Part shown: piece after piece, positions 40,830 through 54,000 of the stretch | Layout: every line of letters begins with the position of its first letter | Position numbering within the stretch: position 1 is the first letter of the stretch | DNA from: a virus | Taxonomy: Duplodnaviria; Caudoviricetes | Virus record (IMG/VR): IMGVR_UViG_3300021387_000357 | Location: 18,768-82,767 of that record | DNA: 64,000 bases | Strand: one strand, 5' to 3' | Translations under genes and position numbers: made by a program | Notes under the pieces: generated by a model | The model's input: the letters and a program-made list of their open reading frames with translations, nothing else | Told to the model about the DNA's origin: nothing | Database searches by the model: none

Positions 40830-41309
40830 TTAAAAAGTCATCGGAGCTTTTGTTTCAGAATTATTCTGGGCTTGTTGCTCTTGCACGGGGTGTATCGCTG
40901 CCACCAGTGTTTGAATTGTTTTATTAAATTCCTCTTTTGTTACATATTCAGTAGAAGAATCATAAGGATTTTCATCTTTAACAAAAGCATAAGTCTTAAA
41001 AGCTGCGGTTCCATCATTATTAATCTGCTTAGTATAAATTTTGCCATTACCTAAATCAGTAAACACCCAAAGAGAACCGTCTAAATCAATCTGACAAGCT
41101 CTAGCTTCATCTTTTGATGAAACTGGTCTACATTTGATGTATTGACGAGATAACAAATCTTGAGAATTCATTCGTTGATTTCCCATATAATTGTCATATG
41201 GAATGTTGTTACTCAATAACATGTTATTGTTCCCATAGGGAGTTTGCATTTGCGGCTGTTGCCATTGAGGCTGCTGCAAACCTAGATTAGGATTATTGTA
41301 ATTTGCCAT
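40830..41309 (-). CDS. Gln/Asn-rich hypothetical protein
   Basis: AGGAGG RBS; first gene after late promoter 41446. Confidence 0.75.
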   Translation of the reverse strand: MANYNNPNLGLQQPQWQQPQMQTPYGNNNMLLSNNIPYDNYMGNQRMNSQDLLSRQYIKCRPVSSKDEARACQIDLDGSLWVFTDLGNGKIYTKQINNDGTAAFKTYAFVKDENPYDSSTEYVTKEEFNKTIQTLVAAIHPVQEQQAQNNSETKAPMTF

Positions 41310-41408
41310 TACGTTTCCTCCTGTTGGTATACCAAAAATTATTAAAAATTAAAATACGCGCATATTGTAAGGATAAAACAATTAACTCTTTTTATTCCTA
41401 CATCTATA

Positions 41409-41446
41409 TATAAAAATTATTAACAATAAATTGATTAAGTTTGACC
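41409..41446 (-). promoter_or_regulatory. putative late promoter
   Basis: GGTCAA-24 nt-TTTTTATA upstream of the 41309 operon. Confidence 0.65.
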
Positions 41447-41514
41447 AAAAAATTTTCACCTTGACAACTATAAAAATTTTTGTTACAATTGGCGTAGAAA
41501 AGGAGATTAGAATT

Positions 41515-42003
41515 ATGAAAGTTTTATCATTAGATTTATCAACAAAATCAACTGGCTATTGTATTGGTTAGAATTAGATTATCATATCACATGGATGTGT
41601 TACCGCCAGTTCAAAAGATGTAATGAAACGTATTATAAAAATGAGAAATGAATTATCTAAAATAATTAAAGAAAATAAAATATAGAAAATTATTATGTAG
41701 TAGGTGCGGCCAGATTTTAATTCACATACTGGTAAAATATTAATGTGGTTGCAAGGTATAGTAACAATGGCCGCATATGAAATTAATTCAACAATAGAAT
41801 GGGATTTTATTGGGGCTTCAACATGGCGGGCAGCCCTTAAAATTAAACAAGGCCGCGGTATAAAAAGAGATGATCTCAAACCGCAAGATATATAGTATGT
41901 AAAAAATAAATACAATATTATAGTAAATGATGATGAGGCTGATGCTATATGTATATTTGATGCTTATAATGAAAAATTTAATAATGAGATAAATTGGGAA
42001 TAA
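41515..42003 (+). CDS. RuvC-like Holliday junction resolvase (6 in-frame TAG)
   Basis: VLSLDLSTKSTGY, I*KIIM**VRP, NDDEADA RNase H-fold motifs; AAGGAG RBS; ends TAA. Confidence 0.85.
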
Positions 42004-42037
42004 AAAATAGGGATAGATTAATTCTATCCCTATTTTT
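42002..42037. terminator. bidirectional terminator
   Basis: AAAAATAGGGATAGA/TCTATCCCTATTTTT. Confidence 0.75.
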
Positions 42038-42212
42038 CTTCTTTATCCTATTTTCGTACTTGAGCATTTATATAATTAATATAGCTTTTTTCAACATCAG
42101 AATAAATATCTTTTATAATATAATATATAACAATTGGAGGCAATTCTTTAGAGTTTAATAATATAGTGATCTATTTTTTTAACTTCTCTGCTGTCAATGA
42201 AATCGTTTCCAT
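42018..42212 (-). CDS. small TAG-recoded protein at end of tail operon
   Basis: METISLTAEKLKK*I...DKEEK*G*N; overlaps end of radical SAM gene; ends TAA. Confidence 0.6.
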
Positions 42213-43563
42213 TTACAATCCTCTTTTCTTCTCTTTTCTTAAATAATTGATAAAAATCTCTTAATCCTTTTTCTATTTCAAATTTTCTAAAATCAATACT
42301 GTATTCATCGCACCAAATATCAATTTCACAATTTTTTAACGTATTACATAATGGTTTATAAAAACAACTTTTACACTCTTCTTTTAATGGTGTTTTCTCT
42401 GCCCATTTGTTTATTTCATCTAAATCATAAGGAGTTTTATTAATATTTAAAGTATAATATCCATCATATGGATGATGCTCACATGTACTAATATATCCAT
42501 TTGGTGCAACAACAATACTAACACCGTCATCCGCCATGCAATGAGTTCTTTTTATCCCTCTTTGTAAATGGATTTCTTTATTTAAATAATTAATCATTTC
42601 TTTATAATTTTCAAAAATTTTTTTACGATCTTCCTTTTTATTATTAGCTGAATTAAAATTAATTAAATCATAAATAGGAGAAGAATAAATTGAAAAATTA
42701 ATATTTTTACCAAATTTATTTATTAAAAAATCAGCTAACTCTTTTTGCTAATTTACATTATTATAATCCAAATTCATTCTTATAACAACTTTTATATGAT
42801 TTTTTAATAAGAAACTAATATTATTAACAATAGTTAAAAAAGGATTTTCTTCCTTTTTTATATTTTTATAGTTTTTAATTTTATTATATGCTTCTTCATA
42901 TCCATCTATTGTAATTTGAAAAGTTTTTACATTCCATTTTTTTAAATCCTATTTAGAAAGATTTTTTATTAAATATCCATTAGATAAGAAAATAGATTGA
43001 TATTTAATATTATTTTTATTTAACTGATCACACATATAATTAATAATTTTAGTATTTAAAAGAGGTTCTCCACCAAACCACCTTAGTTTTAAAGGAGACT
43101 ATATTCTACCGCCTTTTCCACTTATAAAAAATTTTATTAAATCATCTATGACTTCAGTTGTCATAAACTAAGTTTTTATACCTTTTTCATAACAATAGTA
43201 ACATTGAGCATTACATGCGGTTGTGGTTAATAAAGTACATGTTTTTATTCTATTAAATCTTTTTTTTGGGAAACGTCGTTTTAACTCCTGTATTGATAAA
43301 TAATATAAAGAATAATCATCTATCTAAATTGGAATTTTATACCAAGACTCTACTAATATTTTCTATATTTCTGAATTAAACTAATTATACTATATATTTG
43401 TTAATACTATAATTTCACCAGTCCAAAGATTATATATAATATATTCATCATCTTGTTCTATTGTATAAATATATTTTAACCATTTATATTTTTTAGTTGA
43501 ATCATATTGTTGTTTTAAAATCGTCCTATCCATTGTTGTATAACTATTTTTTATAACTTTCAT
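42148..43563 (-). CDS. radical SAM/SPASM-domain enzyme (TAG-recoded, about 471 aa)
   Basis: CNAQCYYC, WFGGEP, SNGYL, QITIDG and SPASM-like CKSCFYKPLC; GGAG RBS. Confidence 0.85.
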
Positions 43564-43579
43564 AATTTAATCTCCAAAA

Positions 43580-46500
43580 TTACCAACCAGGTCCATAACA
43601 TTCAGTATCACAACTGCATTCCCATTCATCACACTCTGATGGTGGAGTATAATCACATCCGCCACACTCCCATTGACCACACTATTCATCACAGTCCTAC
43701 TAACATTGGCCACCACATTCTGTATCTATATCAGAAATAGCTTCCCAAATATTTTTAAATTCTTGAGCAATAGAACCGCCATCATTGTCATAATTATTAA
43801 AACCACTTCTATTAATATTAATTAAATCCATAGAATAAAGTGCACGTCCAAACACCTGTCCGCTACCATTCACAACAAAATCATAATCAAACGGATCATC
43901 ACTTTCTCCCTATCCATCACTACTAAACCACATCCACCATTCATCTGAATCATTTAATTTTGCAGAAATTGCCATAGAAGGATCTTCACTTTCATTAGCT
44001 AAAATATTTCTATGATAATTATCACTAATAACAAAATCACCTAAATTAATTTCTTTACTAGTAACATTAAAAAAGTTTTGACTACCAATGTTAATAGAAA
44101 AATTATCGCCATCATATCTTAAATAATTTCTTGATGATGATGTAAAATCAAATTTACCATCTGCTCCTAAAAAAGCACCTGCATTACTACTTGCAAAAGC
44201 ATTTTTATTAACAGTATGTAAAGAATTTGCCTCAATAGTCCATCCGCCTATTGTACCTGCAGTAGATTTTATACTACCATCAGAATAGACTTTAAATAAA
44301 TTATTAATATTAAATCTTAAAGATTTTCCGTCCTATGTATGTTTTTCATTTGCATATAAAATACTTTTATTGTCATTGCTTGAGAATGAATCAGTATTAA
44401 TTTTCCATCCAGCTATTGTTGAAGTTCCACCAGGAATCAACTTAATTTGTCCCTAACCTGCTCTACCAAAGGTGGCATTGCCAGTATCTGCATCTAAATA
44501 AATACTAGTAGCACCTTTTGAAAAACCAAGTAAACCATTATATGTAGTTGCATTACCGCTATTTAATTTTACAGCACCCATTACAATCCCTGTAAATCTA
44601 TTGTTGCTGTCTTTAACTCCAGCCCCCATTTGAGGAGCTAAAATATATCCACCTTCTTCGTTAATTTGAACACTATTACCATCCCAAGCATTTAAACTGG
44701 CTAAACCATAACGGTTCAATAAAAAATGAATTGGAACACTTAATCTACCAATAATAACTCCTTTTTGTGTATATACACAAGTAACCGCATTATTAATACA
44801 CTATCCATCATATTTAGAATTAGGTTTATATTTCCATTGATTTTTATTTAATTCTTTTCTATATGCTTCACTTGATAACAAAATTAATAAATTAGAATTA
44901 ATTAAATCACCAGCCTTATTTCTTTTTACATTCCCGCATGATCCTGGCGTATAACTAATAGAATGACTTCCATTAACTAAAGAAACATCTTCCCAAACAT
45001 TATTAATTTTTTCTTTACAGATAAATTCAAAAGGATGGGAATTATCATACTGCGGTGACGTACCATCTGGCGTATATATAACATATCTAAAACCAGTATA
45101 ATCTGCTAAAAATACTCTAAAATTACTATTATATGTCCATGCTGTTGTAACAGGAATGGTTCCATAATATGTTTTATTTTCATATGTAATACTACATTTA
45201 ATAGTATTAGCTAAAGGCGTATTTAATGCACTAGCTAAATGATCACCTAGATATTGAATATTACCATTTGATGCATTGGTAACTCTAAAAGCAGATTGAT
45301 CGCTTACTGTATTATTATATTTATTAGCAAGAATTTCCCAATGAACAAGAGCAGGTTTAGTTACTCCATCTATTGCAGCGGTTGACGCATTAAAACCCTC
45401 CCAAACCAATTCTCCACTGTGCCATAACTGTGCTTTAAATAATTGATAACCGCTAGATAATCCAATTTTTGTTTCATCTGCTGTTGAATTTAATCCATAA
45501 TTTAAAATATAATCACTTCCAGCTTTTGTAATCATAGGAAAAGCAGGTGGATCACTCATTCTAGTATTAGGAATTAATTTAACCACATACTAAGTCCCAT
45601 TTGTACCAGGCTCGCCCTGTTTAGCAAATGTAAACTAAGTTTCCGCAGTTAAATTCATTCCTTTATAATCAACTGTTAATTTAATTTGATTAATTTGTTT
45701 TTTAATGTCATATCTTTGAGCAATATCATAAACTAAATTAATAATATTATCATAATATTTATAGGTTTGTGTTGGATCTGTACCAGCGCTTTCTCCATTA
45801 TCCGCAGAATCAACTAATAAAGTATTCTTTATAGGAATTTGCCAACGAATTTTACAGTCTTTAGAATTTTTAATAATATTATTATCAATTGCGTTACCTA
45901 AATTATCATATATAGTAAAACTTAAAGCTTGAATCTACTGTTGAATATCAAGACTTCTATTATTAGGAGCTACTCCATATTCATTATATTGAAAAACCGC
46001 AGATCCATTATTTATAACAAGAGAATAAAGATCTTCTCCATTCAATGAATTGGTTAATGTAATTGCGGCAGTTCCTAAATAAATATTTTGATTATTATAA
46101 ACGGAACATTTAAATATAGCTAAGTTAGTGATATTACTTATTTGAACATCATATATTTTATTACCATCAACTCTCTGAATAAAATAAAATGCTTTAACTG
46201 CTTCTTCATATTTAGTTAAATTACTTGCTTCAGCATTGGCAAATTTTCTACCTACCGCAATATCATTTTGTAAATTAGTTAAATTATTATAAGCTGTGCT
46301 ATATGCACTATTTTGTTCTGTTGTTTCTAATAAATTCTAAAAAATACCAGTATCAGATTCAACTCCCCAATAATAATGGTATCCAGTTGGTTCTCCGCTA
46401 TTTACTCTACAAGTTAAAGTGGGGTGTCCTATATCATAATAAAATTTAGTACCCTAACTAGAGTCAATTGTTATCTAAGGTATATTTGCTGCTAAATTTT

Positions 46501-47728
46501 TAATATTTATTATTTTACTAACAACTGTACCATCATATAAAATAGAAACTTTAAAACGATTATCTCTAGCTGTTGCTTCAGAAATTTTAACAGTATAAGT
46601 ATCTTTACCTGGTACCCAAGTATAAATCGGGTCATTTTCTGCATCTCCCTCGACCGCAAGATTACTATCATTTAAACATTTCCACCCTCTACCAAGATAT
46701 TTATTATAATATTGATTTCTTGGTGTAATTCCAACATTTTCACTTCCCCAATAGAAAGAGATGTTTTGGGCGGCAGATGCTAATTTACCCTTTATTCTAA
46801 CTTGCGCAGTTATTGTTTTATAACTATTCTCACTTGATTGGTCTGTAAAAAAAGTCCCTTGAGGTGTATAAAATGATATTGCTACACCATTTATCTCATC
46901 TTCTGCCATCCTAATCGCACCATTTAACTATAAGGCAGAAATTTCTATATCACCGCTTGATAATCTTGTTCCAGTGGTTATTTGAGTTGCTCCTGGAAAA
47001 TCTTGATTGAAAATCTAAATTGATTCAACTCTAATAAAATTAGCTCCATCAATATCAAAAATCTAATACTGTCTGGTATCATATATTAATCTATATGGAT
47101 TATCAATCATGTTATCTTCATCTATAGTATATGATCTAATTACTTCTTTATTAGATGTATTATCTAAAAAACGAAGATTAAATGTAATTCCATAATGCCC
47201 TCTATATTGCTTTTCTGGAGCAATATTTGTTTTAAATATTCCTCCTACAATTAAAGAAGAAGATTGTTTAATATATTCATTTAATGCAGTATTATCTAAT
47301 TTAATATCACTAGTTTTATTATATTGATATATTACATATTTATAGTCTTTATTTTTAGTATCTAAATAAAAAATATTATTAAAAGTTATACAATTGTTAC
47401 CAATAGTATCATATGCTTCATCTCCTTCAGCCTGTGAAATATAATTAATTCCTAATTTTTTTGTAGTTCCAAGAATTGTTTTTTCTTTTCCCATATCCCC
47501 GCCAGGTACCAAAATATAAACAAATGCTCCTTTAGTATATGTTATATCCGCAGTACCAGCATATGCATATATTGTTGCATCTTGATAACGACATCTATAC
47601 TTACCTATTGTCGCATCCTAACATGATAAAATTTGAGCTTGAATTGTTCTATCATATCCAGCTTTTTCAACTGTGCTTTTAGATAACAATTCAATAGCAT
47701 CTAAAACTTTCTAACTCACATTACTCAT
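43580..47728 (-). CDS. large TAG-recoded tail protein with Cys-rich C-terminal peptide (about 1382 aa)
   Basis: Frame joins ORFs 47063, 46475, 44801, 44453; GGWTI/AGWKI fibre-type repeats; ends TAA. Confidence 0.72.
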
Positions 47729-47766
47729 AAATTTTTTATTTCCTCCTTGTAAAACTCCTTTATTAC

Positions 47767-47804
47767 AATAAAAACAATAAGTAATGAATTATTTTATTTT
47801 GACC
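47767..47804 (-). promoter_or_regulatory. putative late promoter
   Basis: GGTCAA-24 nt-TTTTTATT upstream of the 47728 tail gene. Confidence 0.65.
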
Positions 47805-47854
47805 TATTAACTTATTATACCTATATTTTAGCATAATTTTTCTATAAAATCAAA

Positions 47855-48013
47855 TCAAAGATTTAATGAATCCTTTACACCATCATAATTATATCTAGTA
47901 ATTTCAAAAAAATCATCTTTAGTAAGAATACCTTTTTTTACTAAATATCCTAAATATTGTAATGTATATACTCCAGCTTCCCATTTTCTTTTAATTAATA
48001 AAATACTTTCCAT
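47855..48013 (-). CDS. XkdX-family small phage protein
   Basis: IKRKWEAGVYT...LVKKGILTKDDFFEIT pattern; start revised to ATG 48013. Confidence 0.6.
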   Translation of the reverse strand: MESILLIKRKWEAGVYTLQYLGYLVKKGILTKDDFFEITRYNYDGVKDSLNL

Positions 48014-48040
48014 AATTATCCCTTCTTTTTTAAAAAATAT

Positions 48041-48073
48041 AAAGGGGATGCTTTTAATTAACATCCCCTTTTT
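48041..48073 (-). terminator. terminator after tape measure gene
   Basis: AAAGGGGATG/CATCCCCTTT. Confidence 0.7.
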
Positions 48074-48077
48074 AATA

Positions 48078-51000
48078 TTATCTACGCATTGCTCTTTGCG
48101 CTGCTAAATTAACTAAATCATTAAATGCCTATTCAATTTCTCGTTTGCTATTAACACTCGGGAAAGAAGCATCAATACGAACATTTTGTTCCAAATTCTG
48201 TCCACCGCCAAATGCATTATACAATCCTGATTTTATATCACTTACTTTTGTAAAGATATTCCCGCCAACAGAATCCATTACAGAACGTAAAATACTTACT
48301 GTACTTAAAAGATTTGATGTATCTGTAGCATTTAAAACTAATTCTTTTTTATGAAGAATTGCGGGTATTCCTTCATTTCCGCTCCAGTTTCCAGTATACC
48401 CGCCAGTGTCATAATGTCCATACTTCTTTTTATAATCTTCTTTTAAAGCCTATCTAACACTTTCTGCAGAGTCAGCACTTAAGCCTGTAGTCATCTTTTC
48501 AAAACTATCTGCGTCAACTCTAACAACAGAATAGCTACCATCAGACTATTGAAGAGTATTCCATGAACCTGTAGAATATGTTTTACTTAAAGTTGGCATC
48601 CTATCTTGTAACGGAGTATCTTTTGTATACCATCCTTTTGGGGCAGTTTCTGGCATTACACCAGGTCCGATATCGTTCTAAATCTATCCATCATCAAGAT
48701 AGTCATCTTCAAAATCATCAATTTCACCTCTAGTATCTTGAAGAGTTTCATGAATTGCGGATGCTGCTCGCTTAGCTGCTTCATAAACGTCATTATACTA
48801 TTCTTTTAAATTCTTAGCTGCTGTTTGTAAACTCTCAATAGCGGTTAACTCTTTATCCATTCTTTCTATTAAATCATCGTTTTTTTCAACTAAATCGGCG
48901 AATGAATCAGCTAAATCATCGACGCCCTGCTTAACATCATCAAGATCAATACCAGCAACTTGTGCCATCTCATCAAGTTCATCTTTATAATCTTCAGTAG
49001 CTTCTGTAATATTTTCAAAAGCTTCTTGACAAGTTGGAATAAAGCCACCCTATCCGGCAACTTTATCTGACATTTTCTGAATACCACTCTACCACGCGGG
49101 AACTAGATCTCCCATTAAGATATTCTTTTCATCATCTGCCATCTGTTGATAATTTTCAACATCTGTTCCATATATAGCCGCAATATCCATAAAAGCAGAA
49201 TTCATTAAGTTAGTTCTAATAACCATATTTTCTGCTATTTTATCATTAATATATTGACCATACTGCTCCCTTAATAAAGCAAGATTAGCTACTCTTTCTT
49301 CTTCTGATAAAGAAACATCTGTAACAATTTCTTTATATTGTTCTTGGAAATCCTTCCAAGCACTTAACATATCACCTAGATTAGATTGATATCTATCTTT
49401 ATCGAAATTATAAAGATCATTTTGTGCACTTGCAAGGTTTTGTTCAGCTTCGGCTATATTACCCTCATCCGCAACATATTCATATGAATAGTTACCTTGA
49501 GAATCTCTTCTTAACCTCATTGATGTTTTACTAGCTTGAGCATCTTCTAAAGCTATTCTTGCTTGTTCAATTTGTAATAATTTTTCAGCTCTTTCGACAT
49601 CATATTGAGTTAATTTATCTTTAGCTCTTAAATTTTGAAGTTGCTAATCCATGACTTTTTTCAAAGCACGCTGACTCTTTAAACTTTGAGTATCATTAAT
49701 AGCATTTTTAAATTTATTTTCTAACTATTGAACCGCAAAAGCTGAATTAATAGTATCTAAATACTCTTCAGCATTTTTATTCATTAAATCCCATTCAGTT
49801 GATAAATAATCAGTTCCTAATCCACCGCTAACTTTCTTATCTAATTCATCAAAAATCTTTTCAATAGCATTAAGATATTTATCTTTAAGAGTTTCAGCAG
49901 ATTTTTCAATGGTAGAATTTAAATTATTAAGAGTTTCTTTATAATTTTCTTCAAATTTCTTTGCAGATTCAGTATCTCCGCGAGCAACCGCCTCATCCCA
50001 TTCTTGTTTCCAGAAATCTCTTTGTTGTCTTAATGAATCAAGCTGTCTTAAATTATTATTTTGCAATGTCGTATAATATTTATTCATTGCATCATAATTT
50101 CTATCTCCATAGAGTAAAGACAAAAGATCTATATCATGTTCAATCAATTCACCAATTAATCCATAGTCTTCAATTTGCTTATCAAACTGATCCATAATAT
50201 CATCAATAGTGCTAAAGTAAGCTTCATCAATACTATCAATTAAATCTTCAACATCTTCCATTTGTTGCATTAATTCATCAAGATCACTCTGAAGATCCTA
50301 CATAGCTTGTTTTTTGTTGTTGCCATATATAGATGATTCTCCGCCACTATTAATTTCATCTAACTCATCTTGAGTTGCAAGTAATTGATTGGTTAAGGCT
50401 TCTAAGGTTCCCATTTGACCATTAATGTCAAAATAAGAAAGAACATCTTGATAATTTTGCGCGGCGTCCTTTAATAATTTATCAAATTCAGACTCTTTTA
50501 AAAGGTTAGAATGATTGAGGACATTTCTGCGGAAGTTATTCCAATCTTTTTCTGCTTTGCCCATATCAAGACGAATTTCAATATCAGTTCTAAATTTTTT
50601 AATATTATTTTCAAATTGCTATTGTCTTTTTGCTTCTCTCTAATCTTCATTATCCTACATTTCATCCATGAGTTTATCATAATTATCCATGCTCTTATGA
50701 AGATTTTTCATTTTTTCCTATTCATGTTTAATTTTTTTATCTAACTCAGAAAGTTGTTGATTTAGCTCTTTCTTACGAGTTTCATCTGTAGTCTAATTAT
50801 ATTCTTTAATTAATTCATTATATTGTTTAATTAATTCATTAATTTCAGTCTACTTTATTTTAAGTAAATCCATATAATTAGCAATTTTACCATATTCATC
50901 AAAAACAACACCTAAATTTTTTAACTATTCTTGTTGTTGTGTTTGGTCTTGTTTTTGTAGCTAATATTTTTCTTCTAATTTTCCAATTTGTTTATCAAGA

Positions 51001-54000
51001 ATTCCATTTTGCTAATTAAGATTATTAATTAAATCTTTACCATATAGTTTATCTTGTTTCTTTTTAGTATTTTCTAATTGTCTATTTAAATCACCAAGTT
51101 CAATATTAATATCATGATAAAGGTCTATCTATTCTTTTAATTCTTCTTTAGTCTATTTTTGAGAGGTATCTGGTTTAGATTCTTTTCCACCTCCACCTCC
51201 TCCGCCACTTTTCCCACCGCCAGGAGAAATAATCCCTCCATTATCATTGGTAGAATTTATTGGTTTATATGAAATTTTTTTAGGAATTCTTATTGTTCCA
51301 CCTTGAAAATTTAAGGCGCTATTTCCAGCTTCTGCTAAAGCATTTATCCTTCCAGTTCCAGACATTGCATTAATGCCTGCGGGTGCTTTTGTTGCTTGAA
51401 GACCTGTAATAGAAACTTCTTGCCATTCAATCTAAGACTCAACACCAATTGCACCTAAAATTTTATTACATTGTTTTTGTGTTAATCCAGCATCTCTTAT
51501 TAATTTATTTAACTGAGCAACAAATTTAGCATCTTGTAAATAAGCGTGCGTTTGTATATCTTCTGGAGATAATTGTTGAATTAAATTATTTAATTTATTT
51601 AAAACATCAACATTAATACTTTGTTCATTTAATTCTGCTTCAACTTGCACTTTTTCAATTTCTTGTTCAGCAAGTTTTTTTCTTAACCGCTAAACCGCTC
51701 CCTAAGTTCCCTAAGCGATTTCTTTAACATTTTCTAAATAATCAGTTGCATTTTCATCAGTTAAATCTATATGAATACCTGGAATATTGTTTATAATACC
51801 AATAAGTTCAGACATTGCATTCATAAATTTAAGAGATCCAGGATCAGCATTTAAATCATCTTTTAAATTTTTATAACTTTTTTGTAATTTCTATAAAGAA
51901 TCTATTAATTTTAAATCATTTAAAGCCATCTGTTGAAGAGCTTCATCAGATAAATTGAATTCCTATCCTAATTCATTTACTCCATCTACTGCACTATTAG
52001 TTTTTTCGCGAATTTTTTCTAATTGTTTTACATAATTTTGATATGTTGCACCAGAAACCTTTAAGGTTTTTAATTCTTCTCTAATAGCTTTATCTAATAA
52101 AGCATGATAGTGAACTTGATCTTGTATAGCTCCAGTTTTATAAAGTTCATTAACTCGTTCAACTGTTGTAGCATATTTTTCAATATCAGCAATCTATTCT
52201 TCAGTAAAAGCTCTATTTTCTTTTTTAGCTTGTTCAGTCTTTAATTCAATAGTTTTCTACAGAACCTTATCTAATGCTTGTTGATATTCTTCAGAGCCAG
52301 CTAGCCAAGTATCTTGTAATAGTTTTGCGGATTCTATTAATTCTTTATCATTATTTTGTGTAGCAGATTCAATTACCGCATTTAAATTTTCTTGATAAGC
52401 CTAATTTTCTTTTTTAGATAAATTTTTACCAGATTGAAGTTTTTCACCACTTTGAGAAATAACAGATAAAGAAGCAATATTATTTTGTTGCTATTGAATT
52501 ACTTGTTGGTCGGCAATTACTTTTTGAAGCACTTTCTACCAATTATCTGTAGTTAAAGTAACTCCTTCAAGACCTTTTTGAATATTCTACCAACTTACTC
52601 CCTGAGTATCAATAGCAAGAAGATCATCTAACAAACCTTCTTGTGGTTTACCTATTTTTAATTCAATATCTTTTCTAACCTCATCAATTGAATCTATAAA
52701 AGGATCACTAATACTTCTTACTAATCCATCTGTATTAAAATTCTGTCCGTCTAAATTTAAACCAAAATAATAATTAAATAATTGTGATAAAGTATCTTGA
52801 CTAACATTTTGTAAATTACTGTTTTTAATTATTGCATTTAAAGATTCTGCTAAATAATTAGCTCTCTATTGTCCAGTTTCAAAAGCAATATCTTTGAATT
52901 TTTCATTTTCTGTTTTTAATTGAGAAAATAATTCTGGAGAAGTTTTATAAATTGTTAATAACTATGCTTCAAAATCTTTTCCTTGAGATAGATAGGTAGA
53001 ATATTGTTCTGCCATCCCCTATTTATGTCCCTATGCCCAAGCCGCAATTAATCCTTCTGCGTCTGTTATTCCAGCTTGTTTTAACTTTTCATAATTAGAA
53101 CTATCTCCACTTCCATACATTAATTGTTGAAGCAACATCGTGGGATCTGCATTTGAAGCCTAACTAGCAGTCTACTGCGCAGCAACTAATCTTCCTTTTG
53201 CTATCTACCACGTACTTATATAAGTATCAATTGATTCTAATAAATTTTCTTTATAATTATTAGCTAATGTGTTTAAAGTTGTATCTCGACTACGAGCAAA
53301 AATATTTAAAATTTCTTCATATCTTTGTCTTTCATCTTCAGATAAATCTTTAATAGTTTTGCTACTTAGTTCTCTAAATTCATTAGCATAGTATGTCATT
53401 GCAGTATTATTTCTTTGAATGGCAGCTTGAATAATAGAATTAGTTATATCTGGATTTAAATCAGCAATTGAAGAATTAAAATTAGTATTAATATTTTCTT
53501 GTTGTATATCAACTAATTCTCTTGCATTTACAGATTGTACTCTTCTACCTTCAACAGCATTAGTAAAATCATTACTATTAACAAAACCTTTTAATTCTAA
53601 TTCATTCTTTTTCTATAATTTTGCTATTGTTTCATCAAGAGCATTATTATTTGCTAAAATTGCTTCGCCTTGAGCATTATATGCAGCAACAATTTCTGGA
53701 TTAACACCAGCTATTTTATCTTTAATCTAATTCCATCTGTCTTTTTCTTTATCTGAAAGATTATTTATGTTTTGATCATATTGTCCTGCAGCATTAGATA
53801 AAGAATTATACTCATCTCTTAAAGATTCTAAATCTTGAATAGTATTTTTTGTAGATGAAACATTATTTGCTAATTCAGCTTGTTTATCATTAAAAGTAGA
53901 TAAAGCTTGCTCAGCCTATTTAGCTGACATAGTAAGCTTATCGTATGCTGCAACCAATCCAATTACAGCGGCAGCTACTAATATGTATGGATTAAGTAAT

